Source: Bacteroidota bacterium
GTDB taxonomy: Bacteria > Bacteroidota > Bacteroidia > Bacteroidales > PWNQ01
Length of the DNA stretch: 53,613 nucleotides
NCBI GenBank assembly: GCA_051748205.1
Contig: JBNJHE010000002.1
Location: 1 to 53,613 of the forward strand
Direction of reading: 5' to 3'
Shown: one piece after another, positions 19,331-27,768 of the stretch
Layout of the letters: every line of letters starts with the position of its first letter
Numbering within the stretch: position 1 is the stretch's first letter
The notes under the pieces: generated by a model
What the model saw: only the letters and a program-made list of their open reading frames with translations
Databases searched by the model: none
Told to the model about the DNA's origin: nothing
Position numbers and translations under genes: made by a program

Positions 19331-20343
19331 AGAGGGGGATTATCATATGGATATTTTTAATGGTTCAAAGCCTGGTAGCTTTCGGGCAGGATATTCACTT
19401 TTCGCAGTTTAAACAGTCACCCATAATGATAAATCCGGCCCAAACAGGTTTTTTTAATGGAGCCCATCGCTTTGTTACGAATAATCGTTCACAATGGGGC
19501 TCATTTACAGTGCCCTATCGCACGTTTTCGTTTAGCTATGATATGCAGCCGGCTTATCGCTTGATCAAAAACGATATGCTGGGCCTGGGCTTCTGGTTTT
19601 ATGGTGATCAGGCCGGAGATTCTGATTTTGGGACAATTCAGGCCAGTTTGTCATTATCCTATATCATCAGCTTGAATTCAAAAGACAATAATTATTTGGG
19701 TATCGGGTTTATGGGTTCCTGGGCTCAGCGAAGTATGAGCTATCGTGATTTGTATTTTGACCGGCAGTTTAACGGAGAATTTTTTGACCCCTCATTGTAC
19801 ACCGGAGAGGATCAGGGCGATCCCTCTTATAATTATTATGATTTTAATGCAGGTATGCATTGGCGCTATAAACCGCAGGATTTGCAGTATTATAACTTTG
19901 GTTTTAGCATCCATCATCTTAACAGGCCAAAACAAACCTTTTTAGATGATGAATCTATCCGGCTTTCAACTAAAGGGATAGTTTATGGTGATCTGTCCAT
20001 TCCCTTCAGCAGTAAGCAAAGCGTAATCCCTGGTTTTATGGTGGCTTTCCAGGGAACAGCTACCGAAGTAGTAGCCGGAGGCCAATATCATCATGTTTTT
20101 TCTGATAACCGCTATAATTACACAAGCTTATCGCCAGGATTATATTATCGTTTTGGTGATGCCCTTATTTTGTCTACACATCTAGAGTATCAGCGTTGGC
20201 GTTTTGGGCTTAGTTATGATATCAATACTTCAGATTTGAATAATGCCAGCAGGGGAATGGGTGGCCTGGAATTGTCAATACTGTATCAATTGCCCAGAAC
20301 AGATATTCATCGTCGGGAGGCTATTCCCTGTCCGATTTTTTAA
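19327..20343 (+). CDS. PorP/SprF-family type IX secretion system outer-membrane protein
   Basis: The N-terminus QDIHFSQFKQSPIMINPAQTGFF is the PorP/SprF signature. It is a 338-aa beta-barrel protein, and its start overlaps the cargo stop (ATGA). Confidence 0.85.
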   Translation: MKRGIIIWIFLMVQSLVAFGQDIHFSQFKQSPIMINPAQTGFFNGAHRFVTNNRSQWGSFTVPYRTFSFSYDMQPAYRLIKNDMLGLGFWFYGDQAGDSDFGTIQASLSLSYIISLNSKDNNYLGIGFMGSWAQRSMSYRDLYFDRQFNGEFFDPSLYTGEDQGDPSYNYYDFNAGMHWRYKPQDLQYYNFGFSIHHLNRPKQTFLDDESIRLSTKGIVYGDLSIPFSSKQSVIPGFMVAFQGTATEVVAGGQYHHVFSDNRYNYTSLSPGLYYRFGDALILSTHLEYQRWRFGLSYDINTSDLNNASRGMGGLELSILYQLPRTDIHRREAIPCPIF

Positions 20344-20383
20344 TTGAAAATGAACATAGGAAAGAAAGAAATGTTGGCTATTT

Positions 20384-22636
20384 GTGATTGTTAAACGGCG
20401 TAATATCATTTTGGTGCTGTTGCTTATGTCAGTGGTGCAGTTGGTTGGTCAAAATCGTGGCTCACTCGAAAAGCAAGGTCTTTCGGCCTATGGTAAGGGA
20501 GATTATTATTTGGCTATCAACTATCTGACAGAAAGTATAAACCGTGACACCGTCAGTGATACAGCCCTGTTAGTTTTGGCTCATGCTTATCGTCATATTC
20601 ATCATTGTGGTAATGCATTGAGATATTATGATCAACTGCTTAATCAAAATGATGTAGTTTTCCCACAGGCATGGTTTTATGCTGGTTTGATGCAGAAATG
20701 CCTGGGATATTATGAGGAAGCCGCGAATGCTTTTTTGCAGTATTCCCTTAGCGGGGACACGAAAATTTCGCAGGCCAGGCTGTCTCAGGAGCTTTTATCC
20801 TGCGATCTGGCACCAGAAATTATTCGGGACACTCTTGATGTGAAGGTAGAACAACCCGGAAAAAAAATCAATTCGCCCTACACCGATTTTGGAGCTGTTC
20901 AGCTTGAAGATGGCAGCATATATTTTTCCAGTCTTCGCCCTACAGCTAATTCGGGCAGCTCAGGACTTATCCCCGCTGATTTTGAGACCAATATTTATTT
21001 GTCTGGAATTTCCTTATCCGGATATCGAAAGGCTCAGATTTGGGATACAGACATCAACAAAAAGCGAACGCATTCGGCCAATATCAACTTTAGTCCCAAT
21101 CGGCAAGAGCTGTTTTTTACCCGTTGCGAACGCTTTGACGGAAAGATGGTCTGTAAAATTTTTCATAGTCAGAAAAGCGAAAGAGCGTGGGGTAATCCCA
21201 GGCCACTGACCGAAGTAATTAATCAAAAGGATGTTAACTCGACGCATCCCTTTTTGGCAAATGTTAACGGGCAGGAAATCTTATATTTTGTCACCGACCG
21301 GGAAGGGGGCTATGGAGGGCTGGATATCTGGTACTCCGTTCGTCAGAATGGTAAATTTACCAACCCCGTTAATTTAGGGCCGCTGATAAATACTCCCGGC
21401 GATGAAATCACGCCTTTTTATCAGGCGCAAGACAGTGTTTTGTATTTTAGCTCAGACTGGCATGCCGGTCTTGGTGGTTTCGATATCTTTAAATCAAAAG
21501 GAGGGTATGCCAGTTGGGATAAACCGCAGAATATTGGCTATCCACTGAATACTTCTGCCAATGATCTATATTTTACCATCAACGACAATGGATTTAGTGG
21601 CTATTTGACGTCTAACCGCCCGGGCTCATACTTTACAAGCTCTCAAAATTGTTGTAATGATATCTTTTATTATGAATTTAGTCCGGAGCAGCCAGATACC
21701 AATACAACTGCTGACAGTACTGAACTTATACTGTCGAAAGCCAAATCTTTATTACCCATCACTTTGTATTTTGATAATGATGTTCCTGCCTCGTCAGTGC
21801 AGGATGATACCACCGATGCTGTGTTGGATGAATTGCTGCAAGAATATGCTCAACGTGAACAGACTTATCTGACCAATTATCTGCAATACGGGGCGCCTGG
21901 AGCTCAGGAGGATGAGGTTCGGATGAAAGCATTCTTTACGGATATCCGCCATGGTGGAATCTTGCTCGACAGCCTGGTCGATTATCTGAAACAATCCTTA
22001 CAACAAGGAGATGATATCCATATTGTTGTCAAAGGTTATGCCAGCCCTTTGACTACAAAGGAGTATAATCTTAAGCTCTCCAAGCGCCGTATTGTGGCGT
22101 TGATGAATTATCTGCTTTCTGCAGACCAGGGCAGTTTAAGACCCTATCTTAAAACAGATTCATCAGCAGTTTTGACAATATACCAGGAAGCTATGGGAGA
22201 AGTTACTTCGCAAAATATTAGTGATAACCCTAATGATAAACGAAATTCAATCTACAGTCTGAAAGCTGCTAAAGCCCGGAAAATTGTTATCACCGACGTG
22301 CGTAAACAAATATTGACTGCTGATAGTGCAATAGATATCTCCAAAGTGAAGCTTAGCGTTTCGCAGATTAACCTCGATACACTTGAAAGCGGAGCGAATT
22401 TTTTGACCGAAATATCGATTCAAAATGATTCCCAACAGGATATTTTTATCGAGGATGTATACGCCGACAAGCATATATTTTCTCATTCACTTCCTTTTGA
22501 TACAATTAAAGCTGGCGAAAAACAAAAAATGCATTTGCAGCTTGTTGTTCCCGATAATCCGCAAAAGCATAAAAACCGCTTTGAGATTTATTTACGTGGA
22601 GCTGCCCAACCGCTTGTGATTGAAGTGTCTTTCTGA
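20384..22636 (+). CDS. TPR / PD40 (TolB-like beta-propeller) / OmpA-like C-terminal domain protein, third member of the T9SS type-B cargo module
   Basis: It has a signal peptide, N-terminal TPR-like helices and PD40-type repeats (SPYTDFGAV, LDIWYS, GDEITPFY). An OmpA-like motif is present (VVKGYASPLTTKEYNLKLSKRRIVALMNYL). The GTG start at 20384 is the only in-frame start before the signal peptide. Confidence 0.7.
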   Translation: MIVKRRNIILVLLLMSVVQLVGQNRGSLEKQGLSAYGKGDYYLAINYLTESINRDTVSDTALLVLAHAYRHIHHCGNALRYYDQLLNQNDVVFPQAWFYAGLMQKCLGYYEEAANAFLQYSLSGDTKISQARLSQELLSCDLAPEIIRDTLDVKVEQPGKKINSPYTDFGAVQLEDGSIYFSSLRPTANSGSSGLIPADFETNIYLSGISLSGYRKAQIWDTDINKKRTHSANINFSPNRQELFFTRCERFDGKMVCKIFHSQKSERAWGNPRPLTEVINQKDVNSTHPFLANVNGQEILYFVTDREGGYGGLDIWYSVRQNGKFTNPVNLGPLINTPGDEITPFYQAQDSVLYFSSDWHAGLGGFDIFKSKGGYASWDKPQNIGYPLNTSANDLYFTINDNGFSGYLTSNRPGSYFTSSQNCCNDIFYYEFSPEQPDTNTTADSTELILSKAKSLLPITLYFDNDVPASSVQDDTTDAVLDELLQEYAQREQTYLTNYLQYGAPGAQEDEVRMKAFFTDIRHGGILLDSLVDYLKQSLQQGDDIHIVVKGYASPLTTKEYNLKLSKRRIVALMNYLLSADQGSLRPYLKTDSSAVLTIYQEAMGEVTSQNISDNPNDKRNSIYSLKAAKARKIVITDVRKQILTADSAIDISKVKLSVSQINLDTLESGANFLTEISIQNDSQQDIFIEDVYADKHIFSHSLPFDTIKAGEKQKMHLQLVVPDNPQKHKNRFEIYLRGAAQPLVIEVSF

Positions 22637-22897
22637 TATGCTTTTATTCCATTAATTTCAGTCATCTGCCCAATATTCGCCCTAAATTTGTGGCTATAGA
22701 TAGTACACTTAGAATATTTATTGGATGTTTTCGTTAAAGTGTATATGATAAGCGAATCTGACGAACAAGGCTGGATTTGTATGTTTTAAATTAAAGTGAT
22801 TAGCTTGACTGATTATTTGTTTGTAATATAGGGCTTTAGGAGGTTGATGCTTGTTGTTTAGCTGTTTTTCAGCCATGCACATTAGTTTTTCCTGGCA

Positions 22898-22905
22898 TAA
22901 TTTTG
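22898..22905 (+). promoter_or_regulatory. Candidate -7 promoter box upstream of the S41 protease gene
   Basis: TAATTTTG matches TAnnTTTG, 135 nt upstream of the ATG at 23041. A second match (TAAATTTG) lies at 22683-22690. Confidence 0.3.
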
Positions 22906-23040
22906 TATTTTCGCTTACCATATTTCAATAGAAAGTATAAACAATAAAACCTGAGTTTGGTTATCATTGCAATAAAGAGTATACACTGCATATACGAGGA
23001 TATTGCGTTATAGATAAAGGTGAAAAACACAATAAATGTT

Positions 23041-25170
23041 ATGAAGCGAAAAATCATATTGTTATTATTAATTCCGTTATTATCACTATCGATATTTGCC
23101 TGGAAATACTATAATGATCAGGAGGAAAGGGAGCGGGAACGCGTTATCGGTCAGACGGTTTTGTTTGGTTTAAAATCCGGGCATTATCTTAAAAAGGAGA
23201 TCAATGATGAATTATCCAAAGTAGTTTTTGATCTCTATATTGAAAGTTTGGATCCTACCCGCAAGTTTTTGTTAAAGGATGACATCGATAAACTTAAAGA
23301 ATGGCGAACACGTTTAGATGAGCAGCTTGGGCGGGCGGAGTTTACCTTTTTCGATCTTTCTGTTGAAATAATAGAGCAAAGGCTAAAGGAAGTCGAGCCC
23401 ATCTATAAAGAAGTATTGGCTGAGCCTTTTGACTTTAAAAAGGATGAGGAGATAGAGCTTGATCCGGAGAAACAGGATTATGCAGCCAACATGGAGGAGC
23501 TGACGCTATCCTGGCGAAAAGCCTTAAAATATCAGACGATGGTTCGTTTAAATAATATGATCGACCGTCAGGAAAAGGCTTTGGAGGATGAAGACACCAC
23601 TTATGTTAAAAAGACATTTGCGGAGATGGAAAAAGAAGCCAGGGAGAAAGTGAGCAAGAGACAGAAAGAATGGTTTGAGAATCTGGAAGAATTAAACCGT
23701 AGTGATCGCTTTACTGCCTATTACAATGCTTTGGCCAATGCTTACGGGCCTCATACGGGATATTATCCGCCTAAACTGAAGGAGAATTTTGATATCAATA
23801 TTTCGGGAAAGCTGGAGGGTATCGGAGCACAGCTCACGCGCCGTGATGGATATGTGAATGTGGTTCATATTGTTCCTGGCAGCGCTTCCTGGAAGCAGGG
23901 AGACTTAAAATCAGGAGATAAGATTCTGAAAGTAGCACAGGAAGAGGAAGATCCGGTAGACGTTATCGGTATGCGACTTGATGATGTTGTTGAGCTTATC
24001 CGGGGTGAAAAAGGAACTGAAGTGACGCTTACTGTCGAGAAAGCTGATGGAAGCATTAAAGATATTTCGATTATCCGCGATGTTGTCGTACTGGAAGAAA
24101 CTTATGCACGCTCAGCTATTTTGAAGAGGGATAAAAGCAATACGAAAATAGGGTATCTTCACTTACCGAAGTTTTATACCGATTTCAATGATAAAAATGG
24201 GCGCAATTGTTCTGATGATGTGGCCATTGAGCTGGAGAAGCTAAAAACGGAGAATGTTGATGGCCTCATTGTAGATTTGCGTAATAATGGCGGCGGTTCG
24301 CTACCTGATGTGGTGAAGATTGCCGGTTTGTTTTTAGATAAAGGGCCTGTTGTTCAGATAAAAGCGATGACAGGGGAATCGCGTATTATGAAAGACCATA
24401 AGGCAGGGGCTTTATATGATGGCCCTTTGGTTATCCTTGTCAATCAAGGTAGTGCCAGCGCCAGTGAAATCCTGGCAGCCGCGATGCAGGACTACGGCCG
24501 TGCCGTCATCGTAGGCAGCCCTTCTACTTTTGGTAAAGGAACCGTACAACGCTTTTTTGATCTTGATCAGATGGTTCGGGCAAAACAATATGAGGAATTT
24601 AAACCCCTGGGATCAATCAAACTAACAACTCAGAAGTTTTATCGGGTCAATGGCGGAGCTACACAACTTAAAGGTGTGAAGCCCGATATTGTCCTGCCGG
24701 ACAGGTATGCTTATGTCGACGTGGGTGAAAAGGAAATGGATTATGTTATGCCATGGTCTAAGGTAGATCCCCTGGATTATAAGCCCTGGGAGTTTCAGTA
24801 TAATCTTAAAGAACTTCAAAAGAAAAGCAACAAACGGGTAAGGAAAAGTCATGTCTTTGACCTGATTGAAGAGGATGCAAAGCGAGTTGAAAAAAACCGT
24901 ATGATAACATCCCGAACCTTGCAGCTTGATGAATTCAATAAGCGCCAGGATGAATTACAAAAAGCTTCCGAAGAACTGAATGAAGCCATAGATCAAAGCA
25001 CGCCCCTTACTGTGATACAGTTGAAAAAAGATTCCTTTGAGTATAGTCAGGACACTGTGAAAATGGATCGCTTTGTAAACTGGAAAAAAGATCTGCAAAA
25101 GGATGTTTATCTTGAAGAAACGCTTTATATCATAGAGGATACAAAACTGAAAGCCAGAAAAGAAGACTAG
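23041..25170 (+). CDS. Carboxy-terminal processing (tail-specific) protease, peptidase family S41
   Basis: It has a signal/anchor (MKRKIILLLLIPLLSLSIFA), a PDZ segment (PGSASWKQGDLKSGDKILKV), and the S41 catalytic region (DLRNNGGGS, GSASASEILAAAMQD, TFGKGTVQ). An alternative GTG start lies at 23020. Confidence 0.85.
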   Translation: MKRKIILLLLIPLLSLSIFAWKYYNDQEERERERVIGQTVLFGLKSGHYLKKEINDELSKVVFDLYIESLDPTRKFLLKDDIDKLKEWRTRLDEQLGRAEFTFFDLSVEIIEQRLKEVEPIYKEVLAEPFDFKKDEEIELDPEKQDYAANMEELTLSWRKALKYQTMVRLNNMIDRQEKALEDEDTTYVKKTFAEMEKEAREKVSKRQKEWFENLEELNRSDRFTAYYNALANAYGPHTGYYPPKLKENFDINISGKLEGIGAQLTRRDGYVNVVHIVPGSASWKQGDLKSGDKILKVAQEEEDPVDVIGMRLDDVVELIRGEKGTEVTLTVEKADGSIKDISIIRDVVVLEETYARSAILKRDKSNTKIGYLHLPKFYTDFNDKNGRNCSDDVAIELEKLKTENVDGLIVDLRNNGGGSLPDVVKIAGLFLDKGPVVQIKAMTGESRIMKDHKAGALYDGPLVILVNQGSASASEILAAAMQDYGRAVIVGSPSTFGKGTVQRFFDLDQMVRAKQYEEFKPLGSIKLTTQKFYRVNGGATQLKGVKPDIVLPDRYAYVDVGEKEMDYVMPWSKVDPLDYKPWEFQYNLKELQKKSNKRVRKSHVFDLIEEDAKRVEKNRMITSRTLQLDEFNKRQDELQKASEELNEAIDQSTPLTVIQLKKDSFEYSQDTVKMDRFVNWKKDLQKDVYLEETLYIIEDTKLKARKED

Positions 25171-25373
25171 ATAATCTGCACTTGTAACTCATCCATGGTT
25201 ACGATGTCTCCGTGGGTGAGTTTTTTTCTTTTCCGTGTTTCCTTCTGCCCATTAACGGCGACCAGCCCTTCTTCCACTACCATCTTTGCCATCCCTCCGG
25301 ATTCAACCCAGTTTAAGGCTTTTAACAACTGCACTAAAGGGATATATTCGCTGGTGAGTTTAAATTGTTCCAT
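25167..25373 (-). CDS. S4-domain RNA-binding protein (YbcJ-like)
   Basis: It is about 68 aa. The segment LVQLLKALNWVESGGMAKMVVEEGLVAVNGQKETRKRKKLTHGDIV is typical of the YbcJ/S4-like family. An alternative start lies at 25388. Its stop overlaps the protease stop convergently. Confidence 0.7.
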   Translation of the reverse strand: MEQFKLTSEYIPLVQLLKALNWVESGGMAKMVVEEGLVAVNGQKETRKRKKLTHGDIVTMDELQVQII

Positions 25374-25458
25374 GAAACAAAAATACAATATTCCTGTTGA
25401 TATCAGAAACCTTATTCATTTTGTCAAATGAGTCTCTACAAAATCGTCAGGAATTGTT

Positions 25459-25466
25459 TACTTTTG
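25459..25466 (+). promoter_or_regulatory. Bacteroidetes -7 promoter box for surE-lpxB
   Basis: TACTTTTG matches TAnnTTTG, 22 nt upstream of the ATG at 25489. Confidence 0.45.
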
Positions 25467-25488
25467 TTACACAAAATTGAGAGAACAG

Positions 25489-26262
25489 ATGATAAAAAAA
25501 CCTTTAATATTAGTAACTAATGATGATGGTGTGAACGCAGCAGGAATTAATTACCTGGCCGAATTCATGTCGGAGTTGGGTGATGTTGTGGTCGTGGCAC
25601 CGGATCAACCACGCTCGGGCCAAAGTCATGCCATCACCATCGAAGTGCCACTAAAATATCAGTTACTCCCAAAATCGTGTCAATATCCGATTTATACATG
25701 CAACGGAACGCCTGTGGATGCTGTGAAAATAGCCCGCAACCGCATTCTTGACCGCAAGCCTGATTTATTGGTTTCGGGCATTAATCATGGCTCCAATTCA
25801 TCTGTCAATGTTATTTATTCTGGCACTGTGGCTGCAGTGCTCGAAGGAGTTATGGCCGGAATCCCTTCTGTAGGGTTTTCGTTGCTTGACTACTCGCCCT
25901 TCGCTGATTTTGAGTTTTTGAGGCATTACGTGCAAAAAGTGGCCAATAATGTTTTGGAACAGGGCTTGCCCTCAAATGTGGGACTCAATGTTAACTTCCC
26001 GAAATTTAACGCTAAGCCGGTTAAAGGATTAAAGGTCTGCCGGCAAGCCAAAGCTTATTGGGAAGAAGATTTTGATATTCGAAAAGATCCGCATGACCGG
26101 GAATACTTTTGGCTTAAAGGGAAATTTAAAAATCTTGACGGTGGCGAAGATACTGATGAATGGGCCCTGGAAAATCATTATGTGTCTGTTGTACCCATTC
26201 AATTTGATTTTACGGCACATCATGCAATAGAGAATTTAAAAAAATGGGAAAATCATGATTGA
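25489..26262 (+). CDS. surE: 5'/3'-nucleotidase SurE
   Basis: It has the N-terminal ILVTNDDG motif, GINHGSN and YSGTVAAVLEG. Length is about 257 aa. Confidence 0.9.
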   Translation: MIKKPLILVTNDDGVNAAGINYLAEFMSELGDVVVVAPDQPRSGQSHAITIEVPLKYQLLPKSCQYPIYTCNGTPVDAVKIARNRILDRKPDLLVSGINHGSNSSVNVIYSGTVAAVLEGVMAGIPSVGFSLLDYSPFADFEFLRHYVQKVANNVLEQGLPSNVGLNVNFPKFNAKPVKGLKVCRQAKAYWEEDFDIRKDPHDREYFWLKGKFKNLDGGEDTDEWALENHYVSVVPIQFDFTAHHAIENLKKWENHD

Positions 26263-26545
26263 TTTCTTTAAAAAAGATACCTTTTTGCTGGGAATTATTC
26301 TGGGGCTTATTGTGCCGGTGGTTTTGTTTTTTATTATTTTTTATGCCAATGATTACTTTGAAGCCCTGGCCGGGAAATCTTTTTTAAAGCAAAACACCAT
26401 CATGCTGGTTAGTATTGTTCTTAATGTCTTTGTGCTGCGATATTTTTTGGTTAATAATCAGCGGGATAAAACAGGAAGAGGTATATTGATGGCCACTTTT
26501 GCATACGCTATTGTGTTTTTTATTGTTTTCTGGAAAACCTTTTAA
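26255..26545 (+). CDS. Small integral membrane protein of unknown function (3 predicted TM helices)
   Basis: It is 96 aa with three hydrophobic segments. It overlaps the surE stop by 8 nt and ends 1 nt before the lpxB start, so it is tightly packed in the operon. Confidence 0.55.
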   Translation: MIDFFKKDTFLLGIILGLIVPVVLFFIIFYANDYFEALAGKSFLKQNTIMLVSIVLNVFVLRYFLVNNQRDKTGRGILMATFAYAIVFFIVFWKTF

Positions 26546-26546
26546 A

Positions 26547-27671
26547 ATGCGCTATTATATTATTGCCGGAGAAGCATCAGGAGATATGCATGCTGCTAAT
26601 TTAATGGAACAAATAAAGCGCAGGGATGCTAAGGCAGACTTTCGGTTTTGGGGTGGTGATCGCATGGTAGAGCAGGGAGGCCAACTGGTGAAGCATTATA
26701 AGCATCATGCTTTTATGGGCTTTGCCGAAGTGATTGTGAATATACGGACAATCTTAAAAAACCTCGCCTGTTGTAAAAAAGACCTGAAGGCCTATAATCC
26801 GGATATAGTGATACTTGTAGATTATCCTGGCTTTAACCTCAGGATAGCTGAGTTTGTCAAAAAACAGGGAATTAAAGTAGCTTATTATATCTCACCACAG
26901 ATATGGGCCTGGAAGGAAAGTCGCATTCATAAGATCAAAAAATATGTAGATCAGATGTTTGTTATCCTTCCTTTCGAAAAGGCTTTTTACCAAAAGCATC
27001 AGATGGAAGTTTCCTATGTTGGGCATCCATTATTGGATGAGTTACAAAAACGTCGCCATGATATGGATGAAGCAGATTTTCGAACAGCCAACGAGTTGGA
27101 TCATCGTCCTGTTGTAGCGCTCTTACCAGGAAGCCGGAAGCAGGAAATTCGGCGTATGTTGCCTGTGATGCTTAAGGCAGCCAGTAAACATCCTTCTTAT
27201 CAATATGTTATTGCCGGAACACCTGATACCGATGTGGAAATCTATCACAGCATGATGGACGGTTATGATGTCCATTTGTTGATCAATAAAACATATGCAC
27301 TACTGCAAATTGCCTCTGCGGCTATGGTAACTTCCGGGACAGCATCTTTAGAAACAGCACTGTTTCACGTGCCCCAGCTTGTTATGTATAAAACTTCTGC
27401 CATTTCATACAGAATTGCCCGTATGTTGGTGCATATCAACTATATTTCCATTGCCAATCTGGTGTTTCAAAAAGAAATTTTCAAAGAGTTTATACAAGCC
27501 GATTGTCATTCCGATGCCGTGGCTGAAGAGTTGGATCGTTTGATGAATGATACCCATTATCGAAATGCTATGTTGGAGTATTATGCCTTGCTGGATGAAA
27601 AACTTGGTGGGGGTGGTGCCTCCGAAAAAGTGGCCAGACAGCTTATCCCGACGGCAGCTCCAATAGCATAG
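26547..27671 (+). CDS. lpxB: Lipid-A-disaccharide synthase
   Basis: MRYYIIAGEASGDMHAANL is the typical LpxB N-terminus. It has a GT-B fold length of about 374 aa and the motif SGTASLETAL. Confidence 0.9.
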   Translation: MRYYIIAGEASGDMHAANLMEQIKRRDAKADFRFWGGDRMVEQGGQLVKHYKHHAFMGFAEVIVNIRTILKNLACCKKDLKAYNPDIVILVDYPGFNLRIAEFVKKQGIKVAYYISPQIWAWKESRIHKIKKYVDQMFVILPFEKAFYQKHQMEVSYVGHPLLDELQKRRHDMDEADFRTANELDHRPVVALLPGSRKQEIRRMLPVMLKAASKHPSYQYVIAGTPDTDVEIYHSMMDGYDVHLLINKTYALLQIASAAMVTSGTASLETALFHVPQLVMYKTSAISYRIARMLVHINYISIANLVFQKEIFKEFIQADCHSDAVAEELDRLMNDTHYRNAMLEYYALLDEKLGGGGASEKVARQLIPTAAPIA

Positions 27672-27737
27672 CGACGATTTATTTTTTATTATTAGGCTTT
27701 TAGAGGTGATAAATTTGCGAATAGCGTCATTTTTTTT

Positions 27738-27745
27738 TATATTTG
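27738..27745 (+). promoter_or_regulatory. Bacteroidetes -7 promoter box for the repeat protein gene
   Basis: TATATTTG matches TAnnTTTG, 23 nt upstream of the ATG at 27769. Confidence 0.4.
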
Positions 27746-27768
27746 GGGCATCATCAAAAACTAACCCT

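Noticed and set aside
22718-23057. Small minus-strand ORFs (67 and 62 aa) in the spacer upstream of the S41 protease gene
   Set aside because: They have no promoter box on the minus strand and no recognisable domain, and they lie in AT-rich sequence where short ORFs arise easily. The region is kept only as a possible ncRNA or long-UTR region.
25167-25170. Convergent 4-nt stop-codon overlap (protease / S4 protein), and the 1-nt convergent junction at 43273-43275
   Set aside because: Tail-to-tail overlaps without terminators are common in compact genomes. Nothing further is unusual in the sequence.
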